Below are positions 61,336-64,000 of a stretch of 64,000 nucleotides of DNA, one piece after another. Made by a program: the position numbers and the translations under genes. Source of the stretch: Nitrosopumilus sp. (GTDB lineage Archaea > Thermoproteota > Nitrososphaeria > Nitrososphaerales > Nitrosopumilaceae); NCBI GenBank assembly GCA_965203315.1, contig OZ241857.1:992001-1056000 (forward strand), written 5' to 3'. Numbering within the stretch: the stretch's first letter is position 1; every line of letters starts with the position of its first letter. The notes under the pieces are model-generated. The model saw nothing but the letters and a program-made list of their open reading frames with translations, was not told the origin of the DNA and ran no database searches.

Positions 61336-61947
61336 TTGGCACGTAGAAAGGGTCGAGTAAAAGACAAGTGGAGAGAGAAACGATGGGTAACTGTTGTGGC
61401 TCCAGACTCGTTCAACAATGTTCAAGTTGGATACATTCCGATTACCGATGAAAAAGGTGCAGAGGGTCGAGTCATGGAGGTAACGTTACACGACATCCTA
61501 AAAGGCGATCCATCGCAACACCAGTACAAGATATACCTACAGGTGGATAAAGTAGAAGGCGATCTTGCAATGACATTATTCAAACGATTCGAGTACTCGA
61601 AAGAGTTTCTACGAAGTTTGGTTAGACGTGGATCATCAAAGATTAACTTTGTCATAGACGGTAAAACAAAAGATGGATACATCTTTAGAATAAAGATCAT
61701 TGCACTAACATATAGACAGTTAAACACATCACGTCAGCATGCGTTACGACTCATTGCACGTGATGTAATAAACGACACAGTTCCAAATATGACCATCGAT
61801 CAGTTTGTTCAAGCAGTCTGTTTTACAAAGATCACTTCAGATATCATGGCTGCATTCAAAAAGATGATCAGAGTTAGACATGTTGGGTTGGAAAAGGTTA
61901 AACTGGTCAGAACAGCTGCTAAAGAGACCATTCTGCTAAAAGCATGA
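61336..61947 (+). CDS. rps3ae: 30S ribosomal protein S3Ae
   Basis: VKDKWREKRW..APDSF; LRSLVRRGSSKI; TKDGY. Confidence 0.95.
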   Translation: MARRKGRVKDKWREKRWVTVVAPDSFNNVQVGYIPITDEKGAEGRVMEVTLHDILKGDPSQHQYKIYLQVDKVEGDLAMTLFKRFEYSKEFLRSLVRRGSSKINFVIDGKTKDGYIFRIKIIALTYRQLNTSRQHALRLIARDVINDTVPNMTIDQFVQAVCFTKITSDIMAAFKKMIRVRHVGLEKVKLVRTAAKETILLKA

Positions 61948-61951
61948 CTCT

Positions 61952-62365
61952 ATGACTAAAACTCTAGTAACAGTGAGCATCATACTACATGCAACAGAAG
62001 ATATTACAAAGATGCTACATGCATTAGAGATCATTGGAACAACTAGAGATGACTATACAGTCACTACAACAAAGGGACATTTTGATAATCCTATCCTAGT
62101 TCTGAATGCAAGGTATAGTGGAAGAGCAGCACGTAATATAATCAAGCAGATAGTATCAGGACTAGATAGACATCAAGTAGAACAACTAGTGTCAGAGATA
62201 CCATCTCGGACTGTAGACTCACAGTTTCATCTAAGACTAGACAAGCAAGAACTGTTCGCCGGTCATATATCACTAGGCGACTCGATAAAGATAAAGATTC
62301 ATCACCCCATCTATGACAAGACGGATACTGTTGCTACCTTTGCTGACATACTCAGACTAAAATAG
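61952..62365 (+). CDS. Archaeal RNA-binding protein (DUF54-like)
   Basis: HATED, GHFDNPI, LRLDKQ motifs. Confidence 0.8.
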   Translation: MTKTLVTVSIILHATEDITKMLHALEIIGTTRDDYTVTTTKGHFDNPILVLNARYSGRAARNIIKQIVSGLDRHQVEQLVSEIPSRTVDSQFHLRLDKQELFAGHISLGDSIKIKIHHPIYDKTDTVATFADILRLK

Positions 62366-62385
62366 GCATATACGCACATCAGAAC

Positions 62386-62458
62386 TTGGGAATGAGGAGA
62401 TAGCACGCCGCTCCAGTCTGAGCTGACGCCATGAAGAACCCGCGACGACCCGACCCGA
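62386..62458 (+). ncRNA. Candidate C/D box sRNA
   Basis: GC-rich island: ATGAGGA (C), CTGA (D'), ATGAAGA (C'), 12-nt guide, CCGA (D); terminal stem TTGGG/CCCGA. Confidence 0.5.
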
Positions 62459-63266
62459 AATATATTAAATAACATGCATATGCCAAAACGATCTCTAGTC
62501 TTATCCTACGATAAACTAGATGTTCATAATCAGAGATTCATCACTGATGTGATTGATAGGAGATTTTTTGTACCTGTGCTAGATGTCGATATATAGATAA
62601 ACCCATTGCGATTAACAGTTCATACCATAGTCACGGAGATAAAATCATGTTTATTATTTATCGAACAGGAATGTTATTGATCAGTAGACAAAGTTGACAG
62701 TGGTAAAAGTGTTAGGCATATAGTAAATCATGTAAAGTGTGAATTTGTTTCTGTCACGGACTTGCAGATATTGAGTATTCCTCATATCATTAAAGCAATA
62801 GATCAAATGAGTCTCGGATTTAACATCCCATGTAAAAATAACATGTTATACCATTCTCTTCAGATATGTCAAAGACAAATCATCAGTTAGTAGAGTTGGC
62901 AAAATATTCAACAGTTGATATTTTGTATAAAACAATTGCGTATGATAGCTACGGACTGTATTTATTATATCGATGAATAAACCAAGTGATGTCTAAATTC
63001 ATAATCCACGTTTTTTGTTATAACATGACTCAGCCGTTGATAACGAGTCACATAGATGGCAAAACTAGTGAGAATATACCATATGGGAAACGATCTTATG
63101 GTAAACTGCCAAACATGCACGAAGATTGTAAGTTTGGTGACATAAAGCATGAAAATAATGACAAATTAGTTTGTGCACATGTAGACAACAACACTCAGAC
63201 AACAAGTAGAAGAGTCACAAGATGGCAAAAGATGCAACTCATGAGAATTAATACTTTTGACACATT

Positions 63267-64000
63267 ATGAATCTCCGAGTCATAGTATCAATAGTAATAG
63301 TATCATCCATTCTGATTGTAATTAGCCCCACAGTGTACAATTATTATGCATATACACTACCCATGAAAGATATATTGATTGATCACTATCCAATAGACTT
63401 TCATTATTCAAATGCAGACGGAAAACATGGCACCTATGGAGTTGTTAAACTAGTTACACTTTTAGAAGATGGATCAATTGATGTGGAGTTTGGACCAAAC
63501 GAATTCTATTTAGATTTTGGAGTACCGAATTTCACACATACTGAAAATATTAAAGTAGGTCAGACATTTGTGGTGTTGTGCCAATATTTTTATGATTATA
63601 CAGACGCACGTATAACGTCTAGTTTTGAAGAGTTATTAAAAGACAGAGATAAAACACCTCAAAAGATCAAGGTAAATCTCAATAAAGAATTCTTTAAAAC
63701 TGAATGCAAAGACAATTTTGATAGACGCACATGTGAGGAACTTTCTCTTATGTTTTACGACTCAAAGCAAGATAACATCACACAAGAGGTAATAGTCGAT
63801 ACGAGACCGTATTTAGATCAAGTATTTTATGACAAACCTTTCATAAGTATTTTAAAATATATGGGACTAGGTGATCGAGACGGGGTACCAGTTCATGTAT
63901 TTGTTCATGCAGATGGATTTCTTAAAAGCAGACTATCATGCAACTATCCACAGATAATTGAATACTCTATTGACTTGATTGATTTAGAGATCCCAGATTG
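63267..64000 (+). CDS. Membrane-anchored or secreted hypothetical protein, runs off the window
   Basis: Open frame MNLRVIVSIVIVSSILIVISP... to ...CNYPQIIEYSIDLIDLEIPD at the window end. Confidence 0.7.
   Translation, partial: MNLRVIVSIVIVSSILIVISPTVYNYYAYTLPMKDILIDHYPIDFHYSNADGKHGTYGVVKLVTLLEDGSIDVEFGPNEFYLDFGVPNFTHTENIKVGQTFVVLCQYFYDYTDARITSSFEELLKDRDKTPQKIKVNLNKEFFKTECKDNFDRRTCEELSLMFYDSKQDNITQEVIVDTRPYLDQVFYDKPFISILKYMGLGDRDGVPVHVFVHADGFLKSRLSCNYPQIIEYSIDLIDLEIPD

Noticed and set aside
228-61727. Numerous 60-180 aa ORFs antisense to or nested in well-supported genes
   Set aside because: Shadow frames with no motifs or independent expression signals
62386-62458. Permuted or split tRNA on the minus strand
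   Set aside because: No T-stem complement or acceptor stem can be formed; the C/D box reading fits better
62460-63270. Possible gene or element in the AT-rich stretch, including ORF 62986..63270
   Set aside because: No recognisable motifs, paired TIRs or consistent frame found by eye; may be a decayed gene but cannot be supported

Overview
Chromosomal window of an ammonia-oxidising archaeon (Nitrosopumilaceae-like Nitrososphaerota). Core content: isoprenoid genes (ipk, idi, GGPP synthase), gltX, pheST, trpS, serS, coaD, rps15, rps3ae, four tRNAs (one with two introns) and the complete ammonia monooxygenase cluster (amoA, amoX, amoC, amoB, probable amoY and amoZ). Accessory content is heavy: a type I-B-like CRISPR-Cas locus with a 70-repeat array, five IS copies or remnants from four families (IS5/ISL2-like, IS6, ISH3, IS66), at least four MITE families with resolvable TIRs, two paralogous HNH nucleases and a stand-alone Dam-like methylase. 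The best candidate for an undescribed system is a tightly coupled three-gene operon at 29.9-32.1 kb: a ureohydrolase, an orphan urease-gamma-like protein and a UreH/NiCoT-type nickel transporter, with no urease catalytic subunit in the window. Also notable: recurrent spacer families in the array, an IS6-mediated rearrangement joining two truncated genes, two IS insertions inside the amo cluster, a MITE between a promoter and its start codon, an unannotated 33-aa membrane microprotein and a candidate C/D box sRNA. All calls come from reading the sequence and motifs by eye; no database search was run.
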